Assembly: GCF_003918875.1 (NCBI RefSeq)
Contig: NW_025766636.1
Span: 558,001 to 622,000, forward strand
DNA: 64,000 nt
From: Haliotis rubra
Lineage: Eukaryota
Reading direction: 5' to 3'
This document shows positions 21,301 to 34,476 of this stretch, piece after piece; positions within the stretch are counted from its first letter, which is position 1; each line of letters starts with the position of its first letter. The position numbers and the translations under genes are program-made. Below the pieces are notes generated by a model. That model was not told where the DNA came from. It saw only the letters and a program-made list of their open reading frames with translations, and searched no databases.

Positions 21301-24300
21301 ATAACCTTTCACATCCAGTAGATAGGACTGACTACCTGTTCGCACACAAATAAGTAGCACTGACTGTAAGATAATCGAATCTGACACCTTAGTTTCGATT
21401 TTCAAATAACCATTATCACTATTTTGATTCGATATGTGAATATCTGTTTAAATTGTTTCCACACAGCGAGAACATATTTTTTTCTCCAACTTGAGCAGTT
21501 TCGAGCACTGAAATAAGGCAAAATGTGATTGGTTGAAGCCGGGCTAATTATCCAATGAGAATTGTTGTTAGTAAACATCACCAAGTTGACGATGGATTTC
21601 ACACTAAAAAAGCCGACTCTGGGAGTTAAATGAAATCTGATGTTTTTACTTGCATGAAGAATCGAATTGAAAATGATCGTACTGAGGGTCCAATATTGAA
21701 AATCAAATCGAATCAAGGTCTGGGTGAATCGTTGCAGCCCTAGTGACTACAAACACAAAGTTACTGGAGTTTGTGGTCAACACACTTGATATGATTAACA
21801 CTGACATTATCATTTTGGTGTCTCCTCTACAAGGCTTGACTGTAGGAAGGGAGACAACTCTATTGGGCTCTTACAGAGGCTGGAAAGGTTTCAGCCCTTC
21901 ATACTTGTCATCAAAGGCAGTTGAATGCAGGGTCATGAGTGAATGAGTGAGTGAGTGTTGCTATGTGCCACGGAACCGTGACCTGTAATTCATCCAGTCA
22001 GAAGAACAAGTGATATACCACATCATGTACATACAACCAAACAAGTCACTTGAGAGCAGAGTCCACAAAACCATCTTAGTGTTATGACTATGTGACAGTA
22101 TGCAAGTTATGATCATGCTAGCTCTAAACAGCTTTGCAGCACAGGGTGATGGTTATTTGATTACAGTAAGTTTCCTGTTTCAGCCCAGGATAAGCAAGTA
22201 GGATTTGTTTTGTTCATAATTTGCTATCAGGAGATCAACAATAATTGGCAGTCACTACCATGATAACAAGCCTGCATTCAACATAGTGTGAACCCAGCTG
22301 CTATCTAGTGTGTAGACTTACAGCATCCTCACTTGACTACACCGCACATCGACGTCGGTTGAGGGGTAATAGGGATACTTGAATCCAAACATAGGAACAT
22401 GGTAAAGATTGGACAAAGTCATTTAACACATACAACAATCTGCAAGCTCTCACAAAAAGGATACGCAGTCTCATGCGTGGCTTCATCATTGACAGTTTCA
22501 GGTTCTTCCTTGTTGCTGTCATCACCTTCTCCATCACTGTTGTCATGGACAACGACTGTCGTCACTTCTGGTTTCAAAACCGCGTCTGTTGGTATTGTCT
22601 TCTTAACTGAAAATGTTAGCCAAGAAGTGAAGTCATTGTTTTCATAATAACAAAGATTACATCATAAATGTTTGGAGAAAAATATACAAGACTTTTGGAC
22701 AATCATGAGCAGAAAGAATACAAATAATGTTAAACAAATAATGTTAAACTTGAGCTGTTGTGGCTGTTGTTGTTGGGATATGGGGGCTGTACTGCTTCCA
22801 TCATATCAACGATACTGAGGTGAGGGGGAAGTGGTGTGGGTGAAGTAAGGTGAGGGTGAAGTCAAGTGAGGGTGAAGTAAGGTGTGGGTGAAGTAAGGTG
22901 TGGGTGAAGTAAGGTGAGGGTGAAGTAAGGTGAGGGTGAAGTAAGGTGAGGGCAAAGTAAGGTGTGGCCAAAGTAAGGTGTGGGTGAAGTAAGATGTGGG
23001 CAAAGTAAGGTGAGGGTGAAGTAAGTTGTGGGCAAAGTAAGGTGAGGGTGAAGTAAGGTGAGGGCAAAGTAAGGTGTGGCCAAAGTAAGGTGTGGCCAAA
23101 GTAAGGTGTGGGGAAAGTAAGGTGAGGGTGAAGTAAGATGTGGGCAAAGTAAGGTGGGGGTGAAGTAAGGTGAGGGCAAAGTAAGGTGTGGGTAAAGTAA
23201 GGTGTGGGCAAGGTAAGGTGAGGGTGAAGTAAGGTGTGGGTGAAGTAAGGTGAGGGCACAGTAAGGTGTGGGGAAAGTTAGGTGAGGGTGAAGTAAGATG
23301 TGGGGAAAGTAAGGTGAGGGTGAAGTAAGGTGAGGGCAAAGTAAGGTGAGGGTGAAGTAAAGTGTGGGTGAAGTGAGGTGAGGGCAAGTAAGGTGTGGGC
23401 AAAGTAAGGTGAGGTTGAAGTACGGTGAGGGTGAAGTAAGGTGTGGGCAAAGTAAGGTGAGGGTGAAGTGAGGTGAGGGCAAAGTAAGGTGAGGGTGAAG
23501 TAAGGTGTGGGCAAAGTAAGGTGAGGGTGAAGTAAGGTGAGGGCACAGTAAAGTGTGGCCAAAGTAAGGTGTGGGGAAAGTAAGGTGAGGGTGAAGTAAG
23601 ATGTGGGCAAAGTAAGGTGAGGGTGAAGTAAGGTGTGGGCAAAGTAAGGTGTGGGCAATCTTAGAATATGTCAGATGGTGAGATGTGGAAAAAAGATATG
23701 GAAAACCTAGATTAACTTTGCCCAATTGGACCGCCATAGGCTACATAGTTCTAGTACTCAGAATACACAGGGACTCCATCCATTTCTATACTGACTGTGG
23801 CAGTTAACCACAAACATTCAGATCTCGAAGGTGTAAAAAGTAAAATGACAGCCCATGTATTTGGTTTACAAGTTTATGTCAGGAGACTTATATGTGGCTG
23901 ACAAAGTGCTGAGAGATGAGGTCACCTTGCTTCACATAGCCGTACTGTTCCAGGTAGTCCTCAGTTCCTGTGAGAGTGCGCCTCTGTGATTCAATGAGCC
24001 GAGGAAGGAGGTCCAGCACCTGCTGCAGCCTGTATGTACTGATCTGCTGACTAGCCAGCTTATCCTGGGCCTCTTCCTGATAATCACACACGATTTCACA
24101 GCCATTAACATAAACATTACTTAAATTACATTTGTGACGTCATTCCATTGTCTGTTCGCTCCATTACTTTTCAGGAATGGAGCGATGTGTACCAGTTTCA
24201 AAATAAAACCTTCATTTTGTCATTTTGACATTTAATTTTGATAACAGAAATATTCCCAATACTTCGAATGTAATTTAAGTAGGGTAATATCCTCGTAACT

Positions 24301-26333
24301 CTCCATTCCTTAAAAATAATGTGCCTCGGCCCCTCTGGGGCCTCGGCTCCATTATTTTTAAGGAATGGAGAGTTACTCGGACATTACCCTCTACTGAATG
24401 ACTTTTTTAGTAAAATTAATAAACTGAACTATGAACACTACAGATATGCAAGTAACATGTTTTATTATGAGATAGTGTCACAACAGGTATACTTATAGAG
24501 AATACTACACGAGGTCTCATTACATACGAATTATATGAAACGAGTGTCCTTCCTGTGGTATCTGACCGAGCGAAAGCGAGGTCAGATAACATAGGAAGGT
24601 CACGAAGTCATTATAATTCGTATGTAATGAGACCGAGTGTGGTATTTTATTTATTACCCACTTCTTACATGCATTAAATTGACAAAATAGCGTATTTTTG
24701 TTATTTTTTGGTTTCAAACCGAAACCGGTTTCATAAAGAGGTTGCGGAAGAGTTTTGAACTGTAGTACAATATTTGCATTAGGTCAAACTGTAATGACGT
24801 CACTGCCTTGGTAACCAACGTCACGATGCATGTCAGTTGTCATCGCCTCGTACAGCCTCCTACAGTAAACTACTCCGTAGCACCCCATTTCTTGGTTTGC
24901 AGTTGCTTCATTCGGCTAACATCACTGGTGGAAACATTGTGTTTATGTTTTTCGACAGATATAATGTCTCAGTTCGACTCACAATTAAACAGCAGCACGG
25001 CAACGTTCGCAATGTTTACATTCCCACAATGCATTTAAGTTGTAGAATGAATGAATTCATGTGTTTGTTATGAATGAAAAAATAGTTACGTCAGAATGTG
25101 ACCTAATTGAGAGGTCATCGGTTATCAAATCAAATCGTTAAAATCTCAGGTCAAGTCGTTACGACACAGGTCAACGTGATACGACACTCGTGTGATGTAC
25201 GAGATTAGTATGCAACTACCCATACGTTGACCACGTGGGTAATAAAATGATTTATGAAATTCAATATGGATTTGTTGACACTATTTCCAAAGACTGATCA
25301 CGACGAGAAGATGAACAAAGGTTGGTGATTCGGCTTATGTACCGAACAAGCCATTTTGATACTGAAGGGTAATGTTAGGACATTGGCTTACCTACAGTTA
25401 CATAAGGTAATCACGATAATACTTGTCAAGAAACATGTTACATTCTGACCATATTTCATCATCAACACAGCTGCATTTGTCTATTAGGGACCGTTCATAA
25501 TTTATGGCTAGGGGGGGGGGGTGGAGGGTGGGGTGTGTGATGATGATTTTTATGGAGAAGCATGTACAATGTGAATGACACCCCCTAAAATTTATGTGCA
25601 AAATAAGTGACCCCCCTGCATGTCATGTACAAAATCAATGACCCCGCCTCCCCTTCCCATAATTTCTAAGCATAATATTAAACATTTTTATATGTACAAA
25701 ATTGCTGACCCTCCCTTAGAACATGTGTACAAAATTGCTGAACACCCCAACAAAATGGGTGACAAAATCATCACACACACACACACACAACCATAATTTA
25801 TGAACGGTCCCTTACACCATTAAAATATTCAAGTCCAGTCACAAGCATTTCAATGTTATTTACCTATCAAGTTAAAGACAATCTTTTGCTATGGGATGTT
25901 CTCGTGAAATTCCAGAACAATATATGCTTTTAACATACAATAGAGTTAATTATGTTAATGACAGTTCAGTGTTAGCCATGGCCTCTTTTGAAAAAATTTC
26001 AAGGTGAGACTGCCTTTCTTAGCTCTGTTGAAATTTGCACTCATTTTCTGGGCTGCTTAAAAGATGGATAACGGCAAAAAGAATAATACTAGTGTAGCAG
26101 GGCGTGAAATATCACACGGCTACACTAGGTACAGAGCAACTGCTTCTTGAATTCACCTTCAGAGCATGGACATCCTTCTTCACATCCTGAAGATGCTTGT
26201 ATGCATGTGCGTAGCTACTGTCTCTGTCCGAATGTTTTCCTGGATCAGTCACTTTCTTCTGTATGTCAACCACACCCTGGTCAAGGCGCCTGGCAAGGTT
26301 CCGGAGCTGACAAAACACACTGGTTGCCTCCAT
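15395..26333 (-). CDS. SKA3: Spindle and kinetochore-associated protein 3-like (~511-514 aa)
   Basis: Exons 26333-26157, 24076-23926, 22606-22465, 21101(or 21092)-20961, 19641-19502, 18977-18769, 18164-17910, 15724-15395 join in phase. Motifs resembling SKA3 as I recall it: FCQLRNLARRLD, YLEQYGY, TPRLEDFGL, SPxxPxxxTPGxK, PEFT..DITQL. Confidence 0.75.
15869..17930 (-). repeat. 36-bp minisatellite (~57 copies) made of the SKA3 exon end plus splice donor
   Basis: Minus-strand unit GAACTCACACTTAGTCTTCAG|GTACAACCAGGGTCT; the first copy overlaps the exon end at 17910. Confidence 0.95.
20114..20996 (-). repeat. 38/39-bp minisatellite (~23 copies) made of the SKA3 exon end plus splice donor
   Basis: Minus-strand unit CTATGCCCCCACACAGCATGTCCCACAGCCCAG|GTGAG; the first copy is the exon end at 20961. 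Confidence 0.95.
21093..22464 (-). other. U12-type (minor spliceosome) intron
   Basis: 5' site GTATCCTTT at 22464 and branch motif TCCTTAAC at 21112-21105. Confidence 0.8.
21375..21743 (-). mobile_element. Degenerate hAT-like non-autonomous element
   Basis: Minus-strand end TAGGGCTGCAACGATTC with repeated ATTCGATT subterminal motifs; other end decayed. Confidence 0.4.
22816..23658. repeat. 16-bp strand-asymmetric minisatellite (~50 copies)
   Basis: gtaaggtgagggtgaa / gtaaggtgtgggcaaa variants. Confidence 0.95.
24281..24390. mobile_element. Foldback/MITE-like palindrome
   Basis: agggtaat..gtaactctccattccttaaaaataatg ... cattatttttaaggaatggagagttac..attaccct. Confidence 0.7.
24501..25247. 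mobile_element. Non-autonomous DNA element with a long hairpin
   Basis: ~145-bp hairpin 24501-24646 with a GCGAAAGC loop; inverted tttattacccac (24650) / gtgggtaataaa (25235). Confidence 0.5.
25487..25811. mobile_element. PIF/Harbinger-type MITE
   Basis: Terminal inverted repeats GGGACCGTTCATAA / TTATGAACGGTCCC with TTA on both sides. Confidence 0.8.
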
Positions 26334-27119
26334 TCTTAATTCTGAAACTGAACAAAACACATGTATGCTAAGTATAATGTGTCACAACCAGCTGATTCCA
26401 GTGGATCACTCTGGTCATCAGATACCAGTTACAGTCAGTTGTCCTTTTTGTTTGTCTTTTGCAGGAACTGTATGTCAAATAAGTGACTTATTTTTAAGAA
26501 TCTGTAATGCTATCCCCCATTTTAAATGAAAACTGATAAGTCATGATCTTGTGATAGTCAAAGGTAGTTTTGGTATTTTGCTATACTCAGCAATAATCCA
26601 TTAATATCTTAGCAGGAAAATTATCGAGTTTGATTGATATCGCGAGACGTTTTTCACACACATCTTTGTAGAAAGTCATCACTTACGACCACCACATTTG
26701 TTGCAGTAGATCATTCCAAACCCAGAATCACCACAGGTGCAATGCTCATTGCAACAACATAACTGGAACATTCACAGAATGAGTCCCTAATCAATGTCAT
26801 GTGGTAACAACTCATAGTTGGTACATTCTTTTATCATTTGCGATCGAGGTTTTGTTTACAATAGTGTCGATGACATTTTAATCAATACATGCATGACGCA
26901 CAGTACTGAATATGGGTCTCGTTCTACGGAGAGGTCCTAGCACTATATCGTACCAGAGGCAGAGACCAAGTTACAAGCTAGGAATGCTATGTCAGTATGT
27001 GATGATCTGATATTGTCTTGAAATAGCATGATCACCTGAGAGTAAGTCAGTGATTTCGTGGGAGTACTGCACTTTACCGGGCGCACTTTTTCAGATTAAT
27101 TAGCGCTGCTGGGGTTCCC

Positions 27120-27243
27120 TAAGCCTAACCCAAAGGATCGTATAGCGTGCCTAACCCTAAGGATCGTAAAGGGTGCCTAACCGTAAACCCTAACCCTAAG
27201 GATCGTAAAGGGTGGCATACCCTAACCCTAAGGATCGTAAAGG
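27120..27243. repeat. Short repeats containing CCCTAA telomere-like hexamers
   Basis: cctaaccctaaggatcgtaaaggg, about 4 variant copies. Confidence 0.8.
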
Positions 27244-27555
27244 GAGCAGCGAGTGCATTCTAGACGATTTCGTCACCGTTGAACACTTGAACAGTGTGAC
27301 AGCAGCCAGCGAAAGTTTTGGTGACGAGAACCGTGTCAACCAACTATCTTGACTCTCTTTCTGCACCGGTCCGTTTTGACGAGTATATCCTTCTCATTTA
27401 CACTGTTCACGGGCGAACGAAGGTCGTTTTGTAATTCAAAAGGCTAGTGAGACGAATGTATAGTTCAGTTATAACACAATCCTTTTTTTTGAAATTGGAT
27501 AAACAATAAAAGAGAGATTGTAAACATTTGGCGGCGAGAACATGACAATGTTTAC

Positions 27556-27612
27556 CTTTTCAAAAATGGCGCTGGTTATGACGTCATCGGGAATCTCTTC
27601 CGCCCACGTGAC
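27556..27612 (-). promoter_or_regulatory. Putative SKA3 promoter and non-coding exon 1
   Basis: E-box CACGTG 27605-27610, CRE TGACGTCA 27579-27586, YY1-like CGCCATTTT, CHR-like TTTGAA 27564-27559, then donor AAG|GTAAAC at 27556. Confidence 0.6.
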
Positions 27613-29888
27613 CACTGGGGAAACACCCCCCTCGACTGAGCGACTTGAAGCAATGCTCCTCACCTGGACAACCCGAGCATATCAAAAGTGAGTACATGAT
27701 TTTACGGTGATCTTTTCATCCTTATCGATTATAGCGTCCCTGACAGACATAAGTGTTATTTTCCCTGTTTCACCAATCATTTCATATATTAAAAGGGTAA
27801 CGATGAAAGGGTCAAGTGCCCAGGAAACGCCCCCTTTTATTTTGTACATTTTCACGTTGGTCAAACTTAAATGAGATAATGTTCATACGCTTTGCTTTAT
27901 AAAATGTGTAAATTCTTGTGATTTAACATTGCGTGTAGGAATATTCTGTATTAGTAAATCAATTGCTGATCGATATCTATTTTTACCCGGTCGCATAGGT
28001 GCAAATAAATATTTAACCACTCATTATACATAACGATCGAATATTTCCAACAGACTTGTATATCTAATTGTAGTTAAACGCATTCATGTAATATCAAACC
28101 AGGATTTTCTTTGTATACACAGTATGTAGTATTTTCAGGTTGTATGTTTGTGCATTCTTAAACCAGTACTAACGAACTGTGAGTAACCTTTGTCTCTGTA
28201 TGTAGGCGTTGACACTGAGACACATAAGACATGTCAACGAGGCCCGTCTAGCTGTGAGATAGTTCATACATAATCATCTGTATTGTACCTGTCGTTACTT
28301 TTGTCTTCTGTCACAGTCCGCGATATATGGACGACAGAGATAGATTTACCAATGACATTTGATTGAGGCTTGGAAGTAAAACGCTTATTGATTATGCATT
28401 CGGTACCTGTACATTCCTTGCTGCATGCGATCAATATATATCAGGGGAATTACCAATACATGTATGATCAGAGTCTATTATTCCCCGCCGTGTCGTGACT
28501 TACAGCCGTACTCTATCAAACGCCTATTTATCTCCCCAACACAGGTTTGTGATACTAAAGCCGAGATAACATGTAAGTATTATCCCAATCCGTGTGACAT
28601 ATTGTTTCATTATCGCAGTCAGCATTGTTAAACAATGTTACAGATGACCCAGCGTGCCCATTATCAGCGTGATGTCAACACCGTGACGGAATGAAACTGA
28701 GAGAGATTAAAGGGGGAGGGGCAGCCATGATTCCACTGAATAAAGTCATGATTGTATATAAATATAAACCTGACTGATATTGTTTGCATTATCAGCATTC
28801 GACACAGGTCACTAATTCAGCTACAATAGCCTTGACCTCACAGCTGACGTTCCTCTGAACGAACCAGTAGATGCACGGTAGTATATACTTCCGTTAGAAG
28901 TATGTACAAATCAATACCTCGCACAGTGCAATATAATAGATTTTCTAAATTATTTCCTCATATTATAAAACAGAGGACTAATAGACAAATATTTCTGTTT
29001 ACAATAAACTGATTTCATCTCCATGGCTATATCAAAACAATTCGTGACATCGTCTCCAAGCAATCAGTCATATTCAGACCCAGCATGAGCAAATACGATA
29101 TCCCCTAATAAAAGTTGAGCAGTATATGGATATCTGTGCATGCATGGTGACATGTTTACGCCCATGCAGGAGTATCAGTATCATGCAGTGATGTAACCAG
29201 TACATGTTTCATGCTGGATGTTTGTGTATGTTTAGAAAACCTCGATTGCTCTTTCATTCCTTATCACGAATTTGTAATTTGACTTCCTGGTGAAAGATAT
29301 TTTATTAGACGTAAAGTATTTAAGTCCTGGTTGATATCAGCTGACACCTGGTTGTTACTTATACAGTGTTTCAGGCACGTTCATTTTCTGCTATATTCAC
29401 TTAATGCCATCTAATAATCATTCCTCAGATTTTAAGATCGGTAAAGATATGTAAGCGTGTTTAATATAATATTTAGGATTACTCTGAAATGGAGATTAAA
29501 TATTTGTTATTATGCAGAAAACTCGCATGATTTGAAAAGGGCGAATGGGATCAGGCGATTCTCAATAGCTTGGGTTAATATACATTGTGAAACGTGTTAT
29601 ACCATGTTAACGGTTTAAATGCCGTAGATACCTAGACGGGTGGATGGTTTGGGGGTGGATGGATGGGTACATCAGCCAATGCAAATCGTTCTTATATTTC
29701 GTTCCAGATATAGATGGAAGGGTAGATGGAACAATGATATCTGAAGTCCAGTACAAAGCCACTGACCACCCTTGTACAGTGTCCACCTGGACAGCTAGGG
29801 GTGTCAGCTCAACGCTACCTGTAATCAATCACCTGCTTCACCTGTGAACCTACTTCCCTGACAAATCAGCTGATTACATGACGTCACC

Positions 29889-32800
29889 ATGACCTCAGCG
29901 GGTCACGGAGCTGTGTTCGTGTTAACTGTTCTGATTCAGTCCGCCGTATATATTCATACATCTGACGTCACTCCATCTTGTAATTACACCCTCACGACCA
30001 CCCGGGGGGTGATCCGCTCCCCAAACTACCCCCACCCCTACCCTGGCGGGGTAACATGCCAGTGGCACATTACTGTAGGTAATTATGTAAACGTCAGCGG
30101 CCTAACGATAGCCATTAAACACTACTCCACGCAAGAAACGAACTCAGGAAGGCTGTTTGAGGAGGAACTTCTAATATATGAAGAAAACCCTTCTTTCCCT
30201 AACGCGACTCCTGTTGTTTACACGGAGACCGATGATGTTTACCAGTCACAACAACACGAACTCTGGCTGAGGTTTTCATCTGCTCCAAACATCGGCACAA
30301 AAAGACAAGGGCCGAACGTCCTCGGCTTTGACATACTGTACAGCGCTGTTATCCCCGGAGACAGCTGCCCATCTCGCGACATCCCCGACACTCCCTTAAA
30401 TGCATCCGTTGTTGGCAATAGTACAGTGGGGTCGTTCATCTCCTACAGCTGCAGCCCTGGTTTTAGACTTGACGGGGCTCGTGTGACTGTATGTGTGTTG
30501 GGCGAGTCGGGCCAACCAACGTGGTCCGACCCCGCCCCTTTGTGTTTGGACACGTGTAAACTGCCAACTATACCAAACGGGAACACGCAGTATTTAGATT
30601 TAAAAGTAAATTCAACTTTAACATTTTTCTGTGATTCTCCATACGTCGTTAAAGGAGGAGATACGATCAAATGCATTCTTGATAACAGAGAAGTGCCAGC
30701 CTGGAACAGATCTTCTATACAATGTGTAATTCCTGATTGTTCTAAGCGGATGGTTCTAACACAATTGAGTGGCGCTGTAGTGAACCCGGGTTACGCCACA
30801 AGTGTTATCAACGCCGCCGTGAGCTGCAGTTGGCAGGTCGTTGTTGAGGTCGGTCGGATCATTCACCTTTCATTTCTATACTTCGACCTGCCCGCCGGTA
30901 GCACGCTAGAAGTGACAGACACAGGGCGCGAGAGGAGACTGATTGTACGGTTAGTTGGTGGAGAGGCACCTCGAAATGTCACCAGTCAAACAAATGTAGT
31001 GGAGATAGAGTACCATGGTCCAGCGAGGAACTCCACCGCTCATCAAGGCTTCTACATACAGTATCAGATGGGCTCTCTCCCGATCCTCTTAGATGACGAG
31101 CACAGGCGCTCCAGAACCCCCAATCTACCTCCGGTAAGTAAAACAATAAAACTATACATTAGTTGTAGTGCTTTCAGTTCACGTCATTATACAATATCAC
31201 AGACACGCACGCTCGCACACAGCCACAGAAACACAGACGCACGTGTGTATGTGCGAGTGCGTGCGTGGAGGGGTGGGCGGAAACTGTCTGAATATCAACC
31301 TCTGTTGTCTTGTAAATCCCACTGTGAACACTATGATTACAATGCCTTCTTTTCTATACTTGTATACACGAGGTATTTTGGTATGTTTAGACATGACAGA
31401 TATGTGATGATAGATGATGGAAGTTGGCCATCGATTATAAGTGAAACTATAGGGAGATGTATTTCATTCCTGACATCATTTGCCCCCAAGGTGAATATAC
31501 ACCAATTTCAACTTGGTATTTTCTTGATAGGTAGTCTTACCACAAGGATTGAAATGAAAACCTGATTATATCACGAATAGTCTGAAAAACAGTTATATTG
31601 ACGTACGTTTTAATTATTTCTGTTAGACGGGATTATTTTATTGCATGTTATCGATGTTAACTTTCTGGAGCAATACAGTATTTCACCAGTAACCATATAT
31701 GTTTATACACATGTATATGCATGACAAGATACATTGACCTGAGCATTGTTTAAAGGCGCACATTACTGTGACACATAAATATGGAACCCTCCTCCAGACA
31801 AACATTTTGTCACTTGGATATGCGATCAGCATGATATACGACGTTTGTATCCCCCAGGGTATAATGGTTTATACATCCCCTCTCTTGTAAATACGTTCAG
31901 GCGCTGACAGCTGATGCCTATCAATAAATCACTGAAGCTGTCATGTATTTTAATAGCATTTACACTCACTGATATTAGTGATAACTACATACTACAGGCA
32001 GTGTAGGGTCGTCCTGGATCGTTATATTAATGCAATAGTAGACAGTATTACATATGCTGGCATGTTTAATATTATCCCTGAATTTCTTTACAAAAGTATT
32101 GAAGAACTGGATATAGAGCAGTATAAATCTCCGCCCCATATAATCGTNNNNNNNNNNNNNNNNNNNNNNNNNNNNNNNNNNNNNNNNNNNNNNNNNNNNN
32201 NNNNNNNNNNNNNNNNNNNNNNNNNNNNNNNNNNNNNNNNNNNNNNNNNNNNNNNNNNNNNNNNNNNNNNNNNNNNNNNNNNNNNNNNNNNNNNNNNNNN
32301 GCACATCGTACGTAAACCTAGTACACATATTTCTAAGAGATTATATCAATGTAGAGGCATTTTGGTGTTGGTATTGCACAACGACCTCTGTTTAGATAAC
32401 ATCATGTAATAGTATACCTTGTTTTCTGTTGATTTTCCTTGTAATATTATCCATGGGGATAAATTATTTTAATTTAAAGGGGTGATGGGGGAAGGGTGGG
32501 GAGTGAATGATGGAGTTTTATGTACATATAATCAATCATTTTTAAAACCTTTAGCGTGATATCGACGTAATATTTCAGTATAGACATGTCATTGTTCTCA
32601 AGGACTGCAAGTACGAAGCCATGTATTATGTCTTTACGTTGAGCATCTGAAGCTTTCATTGTTCGTGACCCTATTATCGGAGTTTTTGTGTCTTTTGGGG
32701 GTTTGACGCGGCGCCAGCAGGTAGAGGGTTGTATTTGACCAAGTGGAAACCGGGGGATGTTAATTCTTATAGACAACACCTGTACACTCACACGGAACAA

Positions 32801-34437
32801 CCTGCCAATACCTCAGTACAACACGCGACATTGAAAGCCAGCCTTTATTAACACCACGTTGAGTCGTGTTCAGCTCCATTAGAATTACTGCCTTCACAAG
32901 AATGACTTTTCTAGAGGTAACAGGAACTTCAATCGGGATATGTTTGGTCATATTCTCGTGTAGTTTCCAGGATGTAAAAGAAAATGCTGAATTTTTATTG
33001 ATAATATTCAAATTCCAGGTTACCCACAATATGTCACAACACATACAGATATAATAGACAAAAGTGACTGATCACGTTCCTTTAAGGCTAGAAAATCCGT
33101 ATTTACTTGAAGATTTTTTAATTTTTATTTGAATAATTTGGCTAGACAGCGAAAACATGGATAAACCTTTCTAGAGATTTATTTTATTTTGTAAACTGCG
33201 AATTCAACACATATTTTGATTAGTGTTATTTTCAGACGTGCCTCAGTTTGAACGTCACTTTCATTGTTAACCTCATATCTGCATGGTCTTCCTGACAAGC
33301 GTTTCATTGAATTAACAATCACACGACTGATCTGATCTGTAGAAACAGATGCTTCATATCACCATACCAAATACCAGCTCTAAGCTCAATAGATCACGGT
33401 TATTTTGCCTGGGTGTATATTATATGCTATTAACTCTCTTATTTGGTAAAGTCGAGTTATATTGTCGATGAACATCTATTAGGAATAACAGAGACCATAT
33501 ACCGGCACATGTGAGAATAACACGTGGAATGTTTGTGTGTTTAATCCTATATTAACACGTCGCTTGCCAGTGTTCGTTATGAGAAGTTAGCAGGGAGATG
33601 TATTGTGTTATAACACAATTAATTAACTCCCTCTACAGTATGAGTACAGCCAGTAGAGCTTATATTACCACTTCACATGTCAGCACACCGCACCGTTATA
33701 CCGCTTCCGCACACACGGGCAGATCTGGCTTTAAAAGGAGGGCTATAATCTTGACATAAATGACAGCCCCAGCTGGTTTGAGTCAACCATTCCATGATAC
33801 ATTTTTTGTCTGTTAACTCAGGTTTTTACGTAGAGACAGTATCTCAGTATCAAACAAACATGAACGCTGGTTGAGACACCTTAGACTAGACAATTGGCTC
33901 TGAAGGTTTGCGTCCCTTCAAGGGGCGTAGATACCATAAAAAAAGCCCGGGCTTACACGTGATTGTTGCTAAAAATGCTGGGCAAGCCCTCAATCTATCT
34001 AAATATAAAGCTTTGCAACCTATCGTGCTTACACGAAAAAATTGACTTGCTACGCGCCTGCCTTCCGCAATATCCGAAAGGACGATCGTGGGTTCGAATC
34101 CTTCATACGCGCTGCTTACGTTTCGAGGTTTGTCAGCAGCATCATGGGGTTTTGTCATAACCTTCAAAACCGTGGGCTTTCCTCGCACCTTCAGCTGACA
34201 CTTTATGGTATAACTAGAAGTACGTACTATTACTGTTGACAGCGCTGCTACACCAAACCGATTCAGTCACGGAAGTCAGTGTTTCCAACATCGAGACCAG
34301 AAACGTGCAATAAATGTTGAGCGCAGTTCCCTTTTCAGTGTTGGAAGAAAGATTTGAAGCTATCGTTAATCTAGCCCTGATCGTAAATCCCATACTTTAA
34401 CCCTGACTTCCGACAGTGGAACTGGGATGTGTCAACC

Positions 34438-34476
<39 letters not shown>

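Noticed and set aside
16035-23737. Repetitive ORFs (YLKTKCEFRPWL, PHLT/SPYF, CGTC repeats)
   Set aside because: Translations of minisatellites, open in several frames and broken by indels
31134-31565. C-terminal part of the 558-aa ORF
   Set aside because: Read-through past a consensus donor (CCG|GTAAGT); composition is intron-like
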